Of a stretch of 64,000 bases of DNA, positions 1-10,142 are shown in pieces. The stretch's first letter is position 1. Each line of letters starts with the position of its first letter. The notes beneath the pieces were generated by a model. It searched no databases. It saw only the letters and a program-made list of their open reading frames with translations, and was not told the DNA's origin. Both the position numbers and the translations under genes were made by a program. Source of the DNA: a virus. The stretch covers positions 1 to 64,000 of IMG/VR virus record IMGVR_UViG_3300042308_001049, one strand, 5' to 3'.

Positions 1-2
1 GT

Positions 3-650
3 GTAACAATAACAAAAGATCAAACAACCATTATAGATGGAAGAGGAGAATCTGAATCAATACAAGCACGTATTGAAGAACTTCAACAACAAATCGAAAA
101 AGCAAAGACTCCTTTCGAACAAGAAAAGCTCCAAGAAAGGCTCGCGAAATTCGTGGGAGGAGTAGCTATCGTTTATGTTGGTGGAAACACTGAAACAGAA
201 ATTAAGGAAAAGAAAGATCGCGTAGAAGATGCCTTATACGCAACCAAAGCCGCTATTGAAGAAGGTATTGTACCAGGTGGGGGCTCAGCTTTGATTTACG
301 CTCGTGAAGCAATTGATCGCTCAAATATTGGAGCTGAGATTGTTTGGAAAGCATGTGGTAAACCATTTGAACAAATTCTTGTAAACGCTGGTTTCAGTTC
401 AACTGAAGCACAAATGGTAGGTCTACAACTTGATCCTTCAAATACTTGGATGGGTTATAATATCAAAGAGGAAACTATTGTCAACATGAAAGAAGCAGGT
501 ATTATTGATCCAGCTAAAGTAACTCGAACTGCACTTGAAAACGCAGCTTCAGTAGCAGGTACAGTATTGCTTACCGAGTGTGTTGTAGTTGATAATCCAG
601 AGGATAAGAAAGAATCTGATCCAATGGGTGGAATGGGAGGTATGTTCTAA
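3..650 (+). CDS. groEL: Chaperonin GroEL, C-terminal part (5' truncated by window)
   Basis: Frame open from base 3 (VTITKDQTTIIDG...EKLQERLAK...KDRVEDAL.ATKAA.EEGIVPGGG...GIIDPAKVTR) ending in GGMGGMF tail. Confidence 0.97.
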   Translation, partial: VTITKDQTTIIDGRGESESIQARIEELQQQIEKAKTPFEQEKLQERLAKFVGGVAIVYVGGNTETEIKEKKDRVEDALYATKAAIEEGIVPGGGSALIYAREAIDRSNIGAEIVWKACGKPFEQILVNAGFSSTEAQMVGLQLDPSNTWMGYNIKEETIVNMKEAGIIDPAKVTRTALENAASVAGTVLLTECVVVDNPEDKKESDPMGGMGGMF

Positions 651-910
651 TGGATACTCAACAAGTAGAAAAAAACATTCAAATCGCTGAGCGAGTTCCA
701 CCTGGTGACAGGTGGAAACTCCTCAACGGTGAGAAAGTTTATGAATCCCTAACTGAAGTGTTAAACGCTTGGTATCAACAAGCAACTACAAAACCCCAAG
801 CATTTAGGCTTGAGCCTCTAAAAGGAAAATTATATATTATTACTACTGAAGAAATAGAAATACCTAAACCTGAACCTAAGAAATACGATTTGTATGGTGA
901 CTTCGAATAA
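650..910 (+). CDS. Hypothetical protein
   Basis: 86 aa ORF coupled to groEL stop (TAATG). Confidence 0.75.
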   Translation: MDTQQVEKNIQIAERVPPGDRWKLLNGEKVYESLTEVLNAWYQQATTKPQAFRLEPLKGKLYIITTEEIEIPKPEPKKYDLYGDFE

Positions 911-1811
911 AGAACATACTTTATTAGTTGAAAAATATCGTTCTAAAAACCTAAATGAATATGTAGGTAATGAGAATATTAAAGCCACTATAGCTAAATA
1001 TTTAGAACAGAACGATATACAAAATCTTATATTCTATGGAAGTCCGGGAACTGGTAAAACTACTTTGGCTAAGCTTATTGTTTCCAATTTGGATTGTGAT
1101 TATCTTTACATCAATGCTTCAGATGAAAGAGGGATTGAAACAATTAGGGACAAAGTATCCGGATTTGCTTCTTCTGCTTCGTTCAAAAGTATCAAAGTTG
1201 TTATCTTGGATGAAGCAGATTTTCTCACAATCCAAGCACAAGCATCATTAAGAAACGTAATCGAAACATTTTCACGTAGTACTCGTTTTATCTTAACTTG
1301 TAACTATGTTGAACGTATTATTGATCCTCTTCAATCACGTTGCCAGGTACTTAAGATTGTACCCCCGTCAATGAAAGAAGTAGCAGCTCATATAGCTGGT
1401 GTTTTAGAGAAAGAAGGAGTTGAATGGACTAAAGAAACATTAGGACCTATTGTTAAACAATACTACCCTGATATTCGTAAAATTCTAGGCACAGCTCAAT
1501 TATCTACCATTGATAATAAACTAATTCTAGACAAGTCAATACTTGTATCAAATAACTATATTGAGCAAGTAATAAACGAAATTAAAACCAATAAAAACTG
1601 GAAAAATATTCGCCAGATAATAGCTGATTCTAATATTAATGATTATGAAGAACTTTATAAGGAACTTTATTCGCGTATCTCAGACTATGCTGACGGGCGA
1701 GAAGGCCTGGTGGTAATTATTCTTGAAGAATATCAATACCATTCTAATTTTAGAATTGATAAAGAAATTAATATCATGGCTTGTATAGCTAAAATTATCT
1801 CAATTCTATGA
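894..1811 (+). CDS. Clamp loader AAA+ subunit (RFC small / T4 gp44-like)
   Basis: VEKYRS, Walker A GSPGTGKT, INASDERGI, Walker B DEAD, SRC motif. Confidence 0.95.
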   Translation: MVTSNKEHTLLVEKYRSKNLNEYVGNENIKATIAKYLEQNDIQNLIFYGSPGTGKTTLAKLIVSNLDCDYLYINASDERGIETIRDKVSGFASSASFKSIKVVILDEADFLTIQAQASLRNVIETFSRSTRFILTCNYVERIIDPLQSRCQVLKIVPPSMKEVAAHIAGVLEKEGVEWTKETLGPIVKQYYPDIRKILGTAQLSTIDNKLILDKSILVSNNYIEQVINEIKTNKNWKNIRQIIADSNINDYEELYKELYSRISDYADGREGLVVIILEEYQYHSNFRIDKEINIMACIAKIISIL

Positions 1812-1999
1812 TTAACATGGAGATAGTCCATATGGGGCCTCGATCATTTTATTTATATAGAACATTTAAAGAACGAGATAAACCTATTGACACAGATCTA
1901 CTTAAAGAACTTTGGCACTGCGACTCAGTACTTAAAAAAGATGGAGTATTTTATTTTTGTAGAGAAATAGAAGATGTCGAGTTTGAGAACATTCCTTAA
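1808..1999 (+). CDS. Hypothetical protein
   Basis: 63 aa ORF, ATGA overlap with upstream gene. Confidence 0.65.
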   Translation: MINMEIVHMGPRSFYLYRTFKERDKPIDTDLLKELWHCDSVLKKDGVFYFCREIEDVEFENIP

Positions 2000-2180
2000 A
2001 TATACTATAACTTGGATATCAGGGAATCTTTCCATACCTTTCTGGATGGTAGGACATGTTCACTTAACAATGAATATCTATGAAGACATTTATGAAATAT
2101 TAGCTTCATTTGGTATGAATATAATAGTGGCTATTGGTTTCTATATTGATTGGTTAAAACATAAAAAAGAAAATTCATGA
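1974..2180 (+). CDS. Small membrane protein
   Basis: 68 aa with two hydrophobic stretches. Confidence 0.6.
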   Translation: MSSLRTFLKYTITWISGNLSIPFWMVGHVHLTMNIYEDIYEILASFGMNIIVAIGFYIDWLKHKKENS

Positions 2181-2419
2181 ATCAAAATCAAGATCTTAAA
2201 CTAAACATTGATCTAAAAAACACAGAAAAAGTAGTTACCCCAGATGGTAACTATGTAGTAGCTGAAGGAATTATTTTGCGTAAAGCATCACGTTTTGCAG
2301 TTGGTACTGCACAAGATGCACTTATTCCTATTCCTGTATTTTATGATGTTAAAACAGGTGCTATTCTAAAAGAAACTCTACCAGGTGACATCAAAGACGA
2401 CTACGAAGACACTATTTGA
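2177..2419 (+). CDS. Hypothetical protein
   Basis: 80 aa ORF, ATGA overlap. Confidence 0.7.
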   Translation: MNQNQDLKLNIDLKNTEKVVTPDGNYVVAEGIILRKASRFAVGTAQDALIPIPVFYDVKTGAILKETLPGDIKDDYEDTI

Positions 2420-2822
2420 TTGGCTGGAAGAAATAACAGTCAAAAAGACTCCTCCTGGAGACTTTAGTGAAGAGTCATGGGACTCATTTAACTCTTATAT
2501 GGTTCATAGATATTTATCTATGGATATAAATTACGTAGACATTGTAAATTATGTTCAAAAGATAAGTCCACAGAATAAAAAACAAATTTACACCATTTAC
2601 AGAGAAATGATCCCAAAGAAAAAGGTTTGGTTAAAGTATATCAAACCGAGTAAAAAACAAAGGCCACAACATATAGCAGAATACATAGCAAAATATTATG
2701 AGTGTAGTTTAGGTGAAGCTGATCACTACATTGATATAATTAGAGAACCTGGTGTTCGAAATATTTTGTGGCAAATGGGGGTTGACCAAAAAGAACAAGA
2801 TAAATTAGTAAAAACTCTGTAA
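2385..2822 (+). CDS. Clamp loader small subunit (T4 gp62-like)
   Basis: LFDWLEEI...FNSYMVHRYLSM...IPKKKVWLKYIK pattern, near the gp44-like gene; no ATG start (GTG 2385 or ACG 2403). Confidence 0.7.
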   Translation: MTSKTTTKTLFDWLEEITVKKTPPGDFSEESWDSFNSYMVHRYLSMDINYVDIVNYVQKISPQNKKQIYTIYREMIPKKKVWLKYIKPSKKQRPQHIAEYIAKYYECSLGEADHYIDIIREPGVRNILWQMGVDQKEQDKLVKTL

Positions 2823-2823
2823 A

Positions 2824-3192
2824 ATGAAAGAACAAGAAGGTTACGATCCACAACCATATTCAGCAATTAAAGATTTTGAACAAAAATATTCTGAACTAGC
2901 ATATGAATTTCAACAAATTCAGAAAGAACAATATGAGTTGTTTGCCGCTAAAATGATGGATTATGGTCTTCAAAATATTGCTTTAGGTTCTACTTTAGAA
3001 AAATCAGAAGACATTAACCTTTCAATTACAGGTATTTGGCTTCGTTGTAATGATAAGATCAATCGTTTAAAAAATATGCTCCAACGTAATGGAAAAAATT
3101 ATGTAGCTGGAGAAGCAATGATTGATAGTTTTATAGATATCTCTAACTATGGTATTATAGCCCAGTTAGTTATGAGAGGTAAATGGAAATAA
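2824..3192 (+). CDS. DUF1599 / nucleotide-modification-associated domain 1 protein
   Basis: K..DYG..NI, R..DKI.RL.N and E...DS..D..NYGII motifs. Confidence 0.8.
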   Translation: MKEQEGYDPQPYSAIKDFEQKYSELAYEFQQIQKEQYELFAAKMMDYGLQNIALGSTLEKSEDINLSITGIWLRCNDKINRLKNMLQRNGKNYVAGEAMIDSFIDISNYGIIAQLVMRGKWK

Positions 3193-3195
3193 GTT

Positions 3196-4146
3196 TTGGC
3201 TAAAAAGAAATCACCTCTAATTGTTGAGGCTGTAAAAAAATTCACACCCCCAAATATAGACTATAGATACCAAAAAACAATATCTTTTAGTCAATATTCA
3301 GTATTTGAGAGTTGCCCACACAAATGGGCACTCCAATACCGGGACGGGCATTATACATCTGAAGTTTCAATTCACATGACATTTGGGACTGCTATGCATG
3401 AAACTATGCAGAACTATTTAGAAGTGATGTATAATGAAAGTGCAACTGCTGCTGATAGGATTAATATAGAAGAATACTTTGAAGAACGTTTAAGAGCAGT
3501 TTACAAAGAAGATTATAAAAAAAATAATAATACTCATTTTTCTAATTCATCTGAATTAAGTGAATTTTATGAAGATGGAATAGGTATTCTTCAATGGTTT
3601 AAAAAGAATAGAGGAAAATACTTTGGTAAAAAAAGTTGGTGGTTAGTAGGTATTGAAGTACCTATTTTACTTCCGCCTAATCCGGTCTATAATAACATAC
3701 TATATAAGGGATATATCGATGTTGTCTTATATAATGAAATGCTTAATAAAATAAAAATTATCGATATTAAAACTTCTACTCGTGGGTGGAAGGATAAAGA
3801 AAAAACAGATGAAGTTAAAAATTCTCAAGTTATTCTTTATAAAAAATTCTTTTCAGAACAATTTAATTTCCCAGTTGATAATATTGATGTAGAGTATTTT
3901 ATTGTAAAAAGAAAACTACATGGTAATCCTGACTTTCCTGATCCAAGAGTACAAATTCATGTGCCTGCTTCTGGTAAAATTAAATTAAATAAAGCCACTA
4001 AACATTTTGAAGAATTTATTGAAATGGCTTTTGATAAAGAAGGAAAACATAGAGAAGGTCCTATGTTAAAAAATCCTTCAAAACAAAACTGTCAATATTG
4101 TCCTTTCAAAGATAGAAAAGATTTATGTGACAGAAACGTATCTTAG
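3196..4146 (+). CDS. PD-(D/E)XK RecB/Cas4-like exonuclease
   Basis: SFSQ....CP, FGTAMHE, GYIDV, IIDIKT, Q...Y and C-terminal CQYCPF....C. Confidence 0.88.
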   Translation: MAKKKSPLIVEAVKKFTPPNIDYRYQKTISFSQYSVFESCPHKWALQYRDGHYTSEVSIHMTFGTAMHETMQNYLEVMYNESATAADRINIEEYFEERLRAVYKEDYKKNNNTHFSNSSELSEFYEDGIGILQWFKKNRGKYFGKKSWWLVGIEVPILLPPNPVYNNILYKGYIDVVLYNEMLNKIKIIDIKTSTRGWKDKEKTDEVKNSQVILYKKFFSEQFNFPVDNIDVEYFIVKRKLHGNPDFPDPRVQIHVPASGKIKLNKATKHFEEFIEMAFDKEGKHREGPMLKNPSKQNCQYCPFKDRKDLCDRNVS

Positions 4147-4189
4147 TATATTTTGAGATATTTATATATGACAATATAAAAACAATGTT

Positions 4190-4375
4190 ATGAGTAAAAA
4201 GGATATGACACTTACAAGTGTTAAAATACAAACAGAATTATTTGATGAATTTAAAGTATCTTGTGTAAGACATAAATTCTCGTTTCAAAAGCTTGCTGAT
4301 CGAGCAATTCATTTATATCTTACTGATGAAGGATTTAGAAAACAAATTCATAACCACAACGATTTAGATATTTAA
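4190..4375 (+). CDS. Small DNA-binding protein (ribbon-helix-helix-like)
   Basis: TSVKI strand followed by two helices, 61 aa. Confidence 0.55.
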   Translation: MSKKDMTLTSVKIQTELFDEFKVSCVRHKFSFQKLADRAIHLYLTDEGFRKQIHNHNDLDI

Positions 4376-4382
4376 TTAGTTT

Positions 4383-5816
4383 ATGAAAGAAGGTTATTTG
4401 CCTAAAGATCAAAGGAAAAAAATTCTTTTGATCACCGATGATATTAGATTACCCTCAGGTGTAGGGAATATAGGAAAAGAAATAGTTATCCATACTGCTC
4501 ATCATTATAATTGGGTTTGTATAGGAGCTGCCATCAACCATCCAGATGCTGGAAAACGTTTTGATTTAAGCACTGACACAAATCAAAATGCTGAAATAGA
4601 GGATGCTAGTGTTTTTCTTTATCCTAATAATGGTTATGGAGATGCTAATCTTTTAAGAGCAATTCTTAAACTTGAAAAACCTGACGCTATAATGATGATT
4701 ACTGATCCTCGTTATTTCACTTGGTTATTCCAAATTGAGAATGAAATCAGAAAAAACATTCCTATTATTTATTTAAATATCTGGGATGATTTACCAGCAC
4801 CTTACTACAATAAATCATTTTATGAGTCATGTGATGCTTTGTTAGGTATTTCAAAACAAACAGTTAATATTAATAAACTTGTTTTAGATAACAAGACTAA
4901 AAACAAGATTATTGAGTATGTACCCCATGGATTAAATACTGAAATATTTTATCCTATCACTGATAAGGAAACTAATACAGAATATCAAAATTTTAAGAAA
5001 AATCTATTCCAAGGAAAAGATTATGAGTTTATGATATTTTTTAACTCAAGAAATATTCGCCGTAAACAAATTCCAGATACAATTTTAGCATATCGTCAAT
5101 TTGTAGAGTCTTTAACTCCTGAACAAAGAGAAAAAGTTGTATTAGTTCTTCATACTGAATTAGCTAATGAACATGGCACTGATTTAGGTGCTGTAATTGA
5201 AACACTTATACCTAAAGATCATAATATCATCTTTACTCCAGGTAAATTAGATGTTAAAGCATTAAATTATCTTTATAATCTAGCAGATGTTCAGATTCTA
5301 CTTACTTCAAATGAAGGTTGGGGTCTATCACTTACAGAAGCATTGCTAACAGGTACTCCTATTATTGCTAATGTAACAGGCGGAATGCAAGACCAAATGC
5401 GTTTTGAATTTGAAGATGGCACTTGGATTGATTTTGATGCTGATTTTCCTTCAAATCATAGAGGCACTTATAAAAAACATGGTAAATGGGCCTTCCCAGT
5501 CTACCCATCTAATTTATCAATGGTAGGTTCTATTCCAACACCTTATATTTTTGATGATCGTTGTCGTTGGGAAGATGCTGCTGAACGTTTAACTGAAGTA
5601 TATAATTTGTCTAAAGAAGAAAGACAAGAAAGAGGAATGGAAGGTTATAAATGGGCTACAAGTGATGAAGCAGGATTTACTTCTAAACATCAAGCAAATC
5701 GATTTATAACTTATACTGATAAACTATTTGATACTTGGGAACCAAGAGAAAAATATGAACTTATCAATGTTAATGAATTTGAAAAACCAGTCTTAAACCA
5801 TAAATTAGTATATTAA
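4383..5816 (+). CDS. GT-B (GT4-like) glycosyltransferase
   Basis: VPHG, RNIRRK, SNEGWGLSLTEA (EX7E) motifs. Confidence 0.9.
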   Translation: MKEGYLPKDQRKKILLITDDIRLPSGVGNIGKEIVIHTAHHYNWVCIGAAINHPDAGKRFDLSTDTNQNAEIEDASVFLYPNNGYGDANLLRAILKLEKPDAIMMITDPRYFTWLFQIENEIRKNIPIIYLNIWDDLPAPYYNKSFYESCDALLGISKQTVNINKLVLDNKTKNKIIEYVPHGLNTEIFYPITDKETNTEYQNFKKNLFQGKDYEFMIFFNSRNIRRKQIPDTILAYRQFVESLTPEQREKVVLVLHTELANEHGTDLGAVIETLIPKDHNIIFTPGKLDVKALNYLYNLADVQILLTSNEGWGLSLTEALLTGTPIIANVTGGMQDQMRFEFEDGTWIDFDADFPSNHRGTYKKHGKWAFPVYPSNLSMVGSIPTPYIFDDRCRWEDAAERLTEVYNLSKEERQERGMEGYKWATSDEAGFTSKHQANRFITYTDKLFDTWEPREKYELINVNEFEKPVLNHKLVY

Positions 5817-7108
5817 TGAAACCAGTTTTTGTAATAAGTTGCCCAATTGACACTTATAGTGGATATGGAGCACGTTCTAGAGATATTGTTAAAGCAATTA
5901 TTAAGACTGATAAATATGATGTAAAAGTCTTACCACAACGTTGGGGAGCTACACCTTGGGGTTTTATTGAAGACCATAAAGATGAATGGGGATTTTTACA
6001 ATCACATATCTTAACTGAACCTAAGTTAAATCAAAAACCTGAAATTTGGGCTCAAATCACTATTCCAAATGAATTCCAACCAGTTGGAAAATATAATATT
6101 GGTATTACAGCAGGTATTGAAACTACAGCTGTAAAAGGTGAATGGATTGAAGGTTGTAACCGAATGAATCTTGTAATCACATCTTCAGAGTTTGCTAAAA
6201 AAACTTTTGAATCTATGAATTACGAGATTAAAAATCAACAAGGTCAGTTACAAGGTCATTTAAAACTTACAACACCTATTGAAGTTATTTTTGAAGGTGC
6301 TAATACAGATCTTTATAAAATAATTGAACAGAATCAAATTAAAACTATTAATTTAGATTCTATTAAAGAATCATTTGCTTATTTATTTGTAGGCCATTGG
6401 ACACAAGGAGATTTTGGTGAGGATAGAAAGAATGTTTCTTTACTAATTAAAGCTTTTTATGAAATATTTAAAAATAAAAAGAATAAACCTGCTTTAATTT
6501 TAAAAACTAGTGGTGCTGGTTCATCTTACATGGACCGTGATGTTATTTTAGATAAAATTAATAAAATTAAAAAATCAGTTAATTCTAAAGATCTTCCTAA
6601 TATCTACTTACTTCATGGTGATTTTAATGATTCTGAAGTAAATGAGTTATATAACCATTCTAAAGTAAAAGCTATGGTTAGTTTAACTAAAGGTGAAGGT
6701 TTTGGTCGCCCATTACTTGAATTTAGTTTAGTTAAAAAACCAATTATAGCTTCAGGGTGGTCGGCTCACACTGAGTTTTTAGATCCTAATTTTACAGTCA
6801 CTTTAAAAGGTGAAGTTAAACCAGTAGGCCCATCTGCTGTAAATGATTGGGTTATAGCTGAATCTCAATGGTTTAATGTTGATTATAGTCAAGTAGGACA
6901 TTATCTTAAAGATGTATTTGAAAATTATAAAAAATACACTGATGGAGCTAAACGTCAAGCATTTAAAAGTAAAAACGAATTTAGCTGGGATAAAATGTTT
7001 GAAAAAGTAAATCAAACATTATCTCAACACATCCCAGAATTTCCTAAAGAAATTCAACTTCAACTGCCTAAATTACAACTTCCTAAACTAGAAAAAATAA
7101 ATGGATAA
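5816..7108 (+). CDS. GT-B (GT4-like) glycosyltransferase
   Basis: SGYG, DRKN, GEGFGRPLLE (EX7E) motifs. Confidence 0.9.
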   Translation: MKPVFVISCPIDTYSGYGARSRDIVKAIIKTDKYDVKVLPQRWGATPWGFIEDHKDEWGFLQSHILTEPKLNQKPEIWAQITIPNEFQPVGKYNIGITAGIETTAVKGEWIEGCNRMNLVITSSEFAKKTFESMNYEIKNQQGQLQGHLKLTTPIEVIFEGANTDLYKIIEQNQIKTINLDSIKESFAYLFVGHWTQGDFGEDRKNVSLLIKAFYEIFKNKKNKPALILKTSGAGSSYMDRDVILDKINKIKKSVNSKDLPNIYLLHGDFNDSEVNELYNHSKVKAMVSLTKGEGFGRPLLEFSLVKKPIIASGWSAHTEFLDPNFTVTLKGEVKPVGPSAVNDWVIAESQWFNVDYSQVGHYLKDVFENYKKYTDGAKRQAFKSKNEFSWDKMFEKVNQTLSQHIPEFPKEIQLQLPKLQLPKLEKING

Positions 7109-7547
7109 TTTAACTATATGTAACCGTTGTGGTTCAGATGCTTGTTATGTTCAAGAAGTAAATGAACAAGTAAAACTACATTTTTGTTATGGCTGTGGTT
7201 TCCAAGCCAATTCAGTTATGACCCGTGACTCAGAATTTTTACAACAACAAATGGAAACACTTCCTGAATTGTATAAAGAATTAATGGGTGAAGATGAAAA
7301 TGGCCTTATTTGGATGCCTTCAGTAGTTAACATTCCTGATAAAGGAATGGTGTTTGCTGATGGAACTAACAGTCAAAATTGGAGATGGGCAGCTGTAAAA
7401 GCAACCCTTATGTCTGAAGAAGAAAAGACCAAGTTTAAAGAAAAAGGTAAAGAGTATGATTATAAAATGGATATGACTACTTTAACTCACTTCCCAGAAA
7501 ATGAATTTATGGAAGCTTTAACTTATATTAGTGTATTACCTGAGTAA
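7101..7547 (+). CDS. Hypothetical protein with N-terminal Zn ribbon
   Basis: CNRC...CYGC. Confidence 0.7.
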   Translation: MDNLTICNRCGSDACYVQEVNEQVKLHFCYGCGFQANSVMTRDSEFLQQQMETLPELYKELMGEDENGLIWMPSVVNIPDKGMVFADGTNSQNWRWAAVKATLMSEEEKTKFKEKGKEYDYKMDMTTLTHFPENEFMEALTYISVLPE

Positions 7548-7548
7548 A

Positions 7549-8160
7549 ATGAAAATTAGTTATGCTATAACAGTTTGTAATGAACTGATAGAAATACAAC
7601 GTTTACTTTCTTTCTTAATTAAAAATAAAAGGAAACAAGATGAAATTGTTGTGTTTTATGATACAAATAATGGTACTCAAGAAGTAGAAGATTATCTTAA
7701 ATCTTTAAAAGATATAAGAAAAATAGGTTATCACTTTGATGGACATTTTGCTAACTTGAAAAATGCTCTAACAGATGCTTGTCTAGGAAATTATATCTTC
7801 CAGATTGATGCTGATGAAATGCCAAGTCTCTATCTTATACAATATCTTCCTATATTACTTGAAAATAATGATGTAGAAGTACTTAGAGTACCTAGAGTTA
7901 ATACAGTTAAAGGATTAACTCAAGAACATATTCAAAAATGGGGTTGGGTAGTAGATAGTAAGAGTAGAGTTAATTGGCCTGATCTACAATGGAGAATTTA
8001 TAAGAACACCCCAGAAATTAAATGGAAAAATAAGGTACATGAAATTTTGGATGGTTATAAAACTCATGCTATATTACCATTAGAGGAACATTTCGCTTTA
8101 GAACATCATAAAGATATTGAACGTCAAGAAAAACAAAATGCTTATTATGAAAACCTCTAA
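7549..8160 (+). CDS. GT2 glycosyltransferase
   Basis: ISYAITVCNE, QIDADE, KVHE motifs; ATG at 7549 preferred over GTG 7531. Confidence 0.88.
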   Translation: MKISYAITVCNELIEIQRLLSFLIKNKRKQDEIVVFYDTNNGTQEVEDYLKSLKDIRKIGYHFDGHFANLKNALTDACLGNYIFQIDADEMPSLYLIQYLPILLENNDVEVLRVPRVNTVKGLTQEHIQKWGWVVDSKSRVNWPDLQWRIYKNTPEIKWKNKVHEILDGYKTHAILPLEEHFALEHHKDIERQEKQNAYYENL

Positions 8161-9184
8161 AACACCTTTGATCCATATATTAGCTGCTCGCCCTAACTTT
8201 ATTAAAGCAGCCCCGGTTATTAAAGCATTAGATGAGGCTAATTTTTACAATATAATTATTCATACTAATCAACATTACGACTATAAACTTTCTGAAGTAT
8301 TCTTCCAAGAGTTAGAAATCCCAGAACCTAATTATCATTTAGGGATTAAATCAGGCTCTCATGGTTACCAAACTGGTAGATCTTTAATAGATATTGAAGA
8401 CATACTTTCAAATATATCACCTAAAGGTGTAGTAGTTTATGGTGATGTTAATTCTACATTAGCTGGGGCTTTAGCCGCTGCTAAACTACATATTCCTATA
8501 TTCCATATAGAATCAGGTTGTAGAAGCTTTGATAAAAAAATGCCAGAGGAAATAAATAGATTAATTGTAGACCAAATCTCAGAATTATTATTCTGTACTG
8601 AGGAAAGTGCTAAAAATAATCTTTTAAATGAGGCTTATGATCCTAAGAAAATATTTGTTGTAGGTAATACTGCTATAGATAGTTTACAAAGTGTTATAAA
8701 CATAATTAAAAATAAACCTAATCCTTATAATTTTAGATATTACTTAGCTACATTACATAGACCATTTAATGTTGATAATTTTTTTATTTTAGATGAAATT
8801 TTAACAAAATTAAATAACTTCCCTCACCCAGTTATAATACCTACACATCCAAGACTTAAAAATAATCTAAAAAAAGAATATCCAAATCTAATTTTTATAG
8901 AACCTTTAGGATATTTAGATTTTTTAACTTATATGTTTTATTCTGAGGGTATATTATCAGACTCAGGAGGGGTTCAGTGTGAGGCTTCAGTTTTAAAAAA
9001 ATCATTACTTACAATTCGTCCTACAACTGAACATTTATTAACTTTAAATTATAGTAATAAATTAGTTTCTCCAGAAGAATTAGATTTTTCTTTATTTAAA
9101 TCTATTGAATATGATTGTCCTTTAGAATGGGATGGTAATGCTTCTAAAAGAATAGCTAATATTATAAAAGAATATTATGAATAA
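8147..9184 (+). CDS. wecB: UDP-N-acetylglucosamine 2-epimerase
   Basis: RPNFIK, HTNQHYD, VYGDVNST, HIESG.RS...MPEEINR, TLHRP.N, SDSGGVQ.EA. Confidence 0.93.
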   Translation: MKTSKTPLIHILAARPNFIKAAPVIKALDEANFYNIIIHTNQHYDYKLSEVFFQELEIPEPNYHLGIKSGSHGYQTGRSLIDIEDILSNISPKGVVVYGDVNSTLAGALAAAKLHIPIFHIESGCRSFDKKMPEEINRLIVDQISELLFCTEESAKNNLLNEAYDPKKIFVVGNTAIDSLQSVINIIKNKPNPYNFRYYLATLHRPFNVDNFFILDEILTKLNNFPHPVIIPTHPRLKNNLKKEYPNLIFIEPLGYLDFLTYMFYSEGILSDSGGVQCEASVLKKSLLTIRPTTEHLLTLNYSNKLVSPEELDFSLFKSIEYDCPLEWDGNASKRIANIIKEYYE

Positions 9185-10142
9185 AGATAATTTAATAATT
9201 TATGTTTCTTCTAGAAACAACTATGATATGTTAGAAGGAGAAGTCCTTAAAAACATAAATAGAGAAGGATTTGAGTTTATAAATGTTGATGATAAATCAT
9301 CTCCTGAAGAAATAGAAAAAGGTAAAAGTATATGTTTTAAACATGGTATTGTCTTTTTAGAAAACAAGTCTAGAGGAGTACAAATGGCTACTCAAACTCT
9401 TATAGATTTTATAAATGAGAACAGACCTAATTGTAAATGGGTATTTTGCTTCCAGCATGATAATTATCCTATCTCAAAAGATTTCTTTACTTCTATTTCT
9501 GAGCTTATTAAAGAAGATAAATTAGATCAATTTGGTATTTTAGGTTTTAATGTTTTAGACCATGGTGACTACACTGGAAATGCTTTAGACCAATTTGAAA
9601 AAGGTGGCTCACCATTAGGTATGATTGGTATGGCTCACTTATCTATTAAGAGTCAAACAGGTAGATGGTTATGCCCTAAACAACAAGACCATCTTCTTAA
9701 ATCAAATCCTTTATGGTCTAAACCTTTTATAGTAGAGTTCCCAATGTGGGCTGCTGTAGGTATTAATGTTAATTTATGGAATGAAAAAATTATCCCAACA
9801 GACCAATACCATTTTCATTTATGGTTACCTGATATTGCTATGCAGTTTAATTACCATAATTATGGGTGTTTAATTCTCCCTGATCATTATTGTTTAAACC
9901 ATCAACAATTAAAATCTAAATATGAAATTAACCCTAATTCAGCTGCTGGAGCTAAAAGTGGAGACGAGTACCATTTTGGAGAATATTCTAATTTCTCAGC
10001 CTGGCAAGAAAGATGGGGTTGGCATTATGAATCTATAACTGATGGGTTTGAAAATATAAAACATAATTATGAAAATACTCTTATAGGAGAATTTTATCAT
10101 CACGATATAACTAAAGGACCTCTTAAATCATTTATTCTATGA
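9177..10142 (+). CDS. GT-A fold glycosyltransferase-like protein
   Basis: INVDDKS, FQHD motifs; within glycosylation island. Confidence 0.7.
   Translation: MNKDNLIIYVSSRNNYDMLEGEVLKNINREGFEFINVDDKSSPEEIEKGKSICFKHGIVFLENKSRGVQMATQTLIDFINENRPNCKWVFCFQHDNYPISKDFFTSISELIKEDKLDQFGILGFNVLDHGDYTGNALDQFEKGGSPLGMIGMAHLSIKSQTGRWLCPKQQDHLLKSNPLWSKPFIVEFPMWAAVGINVNLWNEKIIPTDQYHFHLWLPDIAMQFNYHNYGCLILPDHYCLNHQQLKSKYEINPNSAAGAKSGDEYHFGEYSNFSAWQERWGWHYESITDGFENIKHNYENTLIGEFYHHDITKGPLKSFIL

Noticed and set aside
3196-4146. Cas4 as part of a CRISPR system
   Set aside because: Stand-alone PD-(D/E)XK nuclease in a replication context, common in phages; no cas1, cas2 or array
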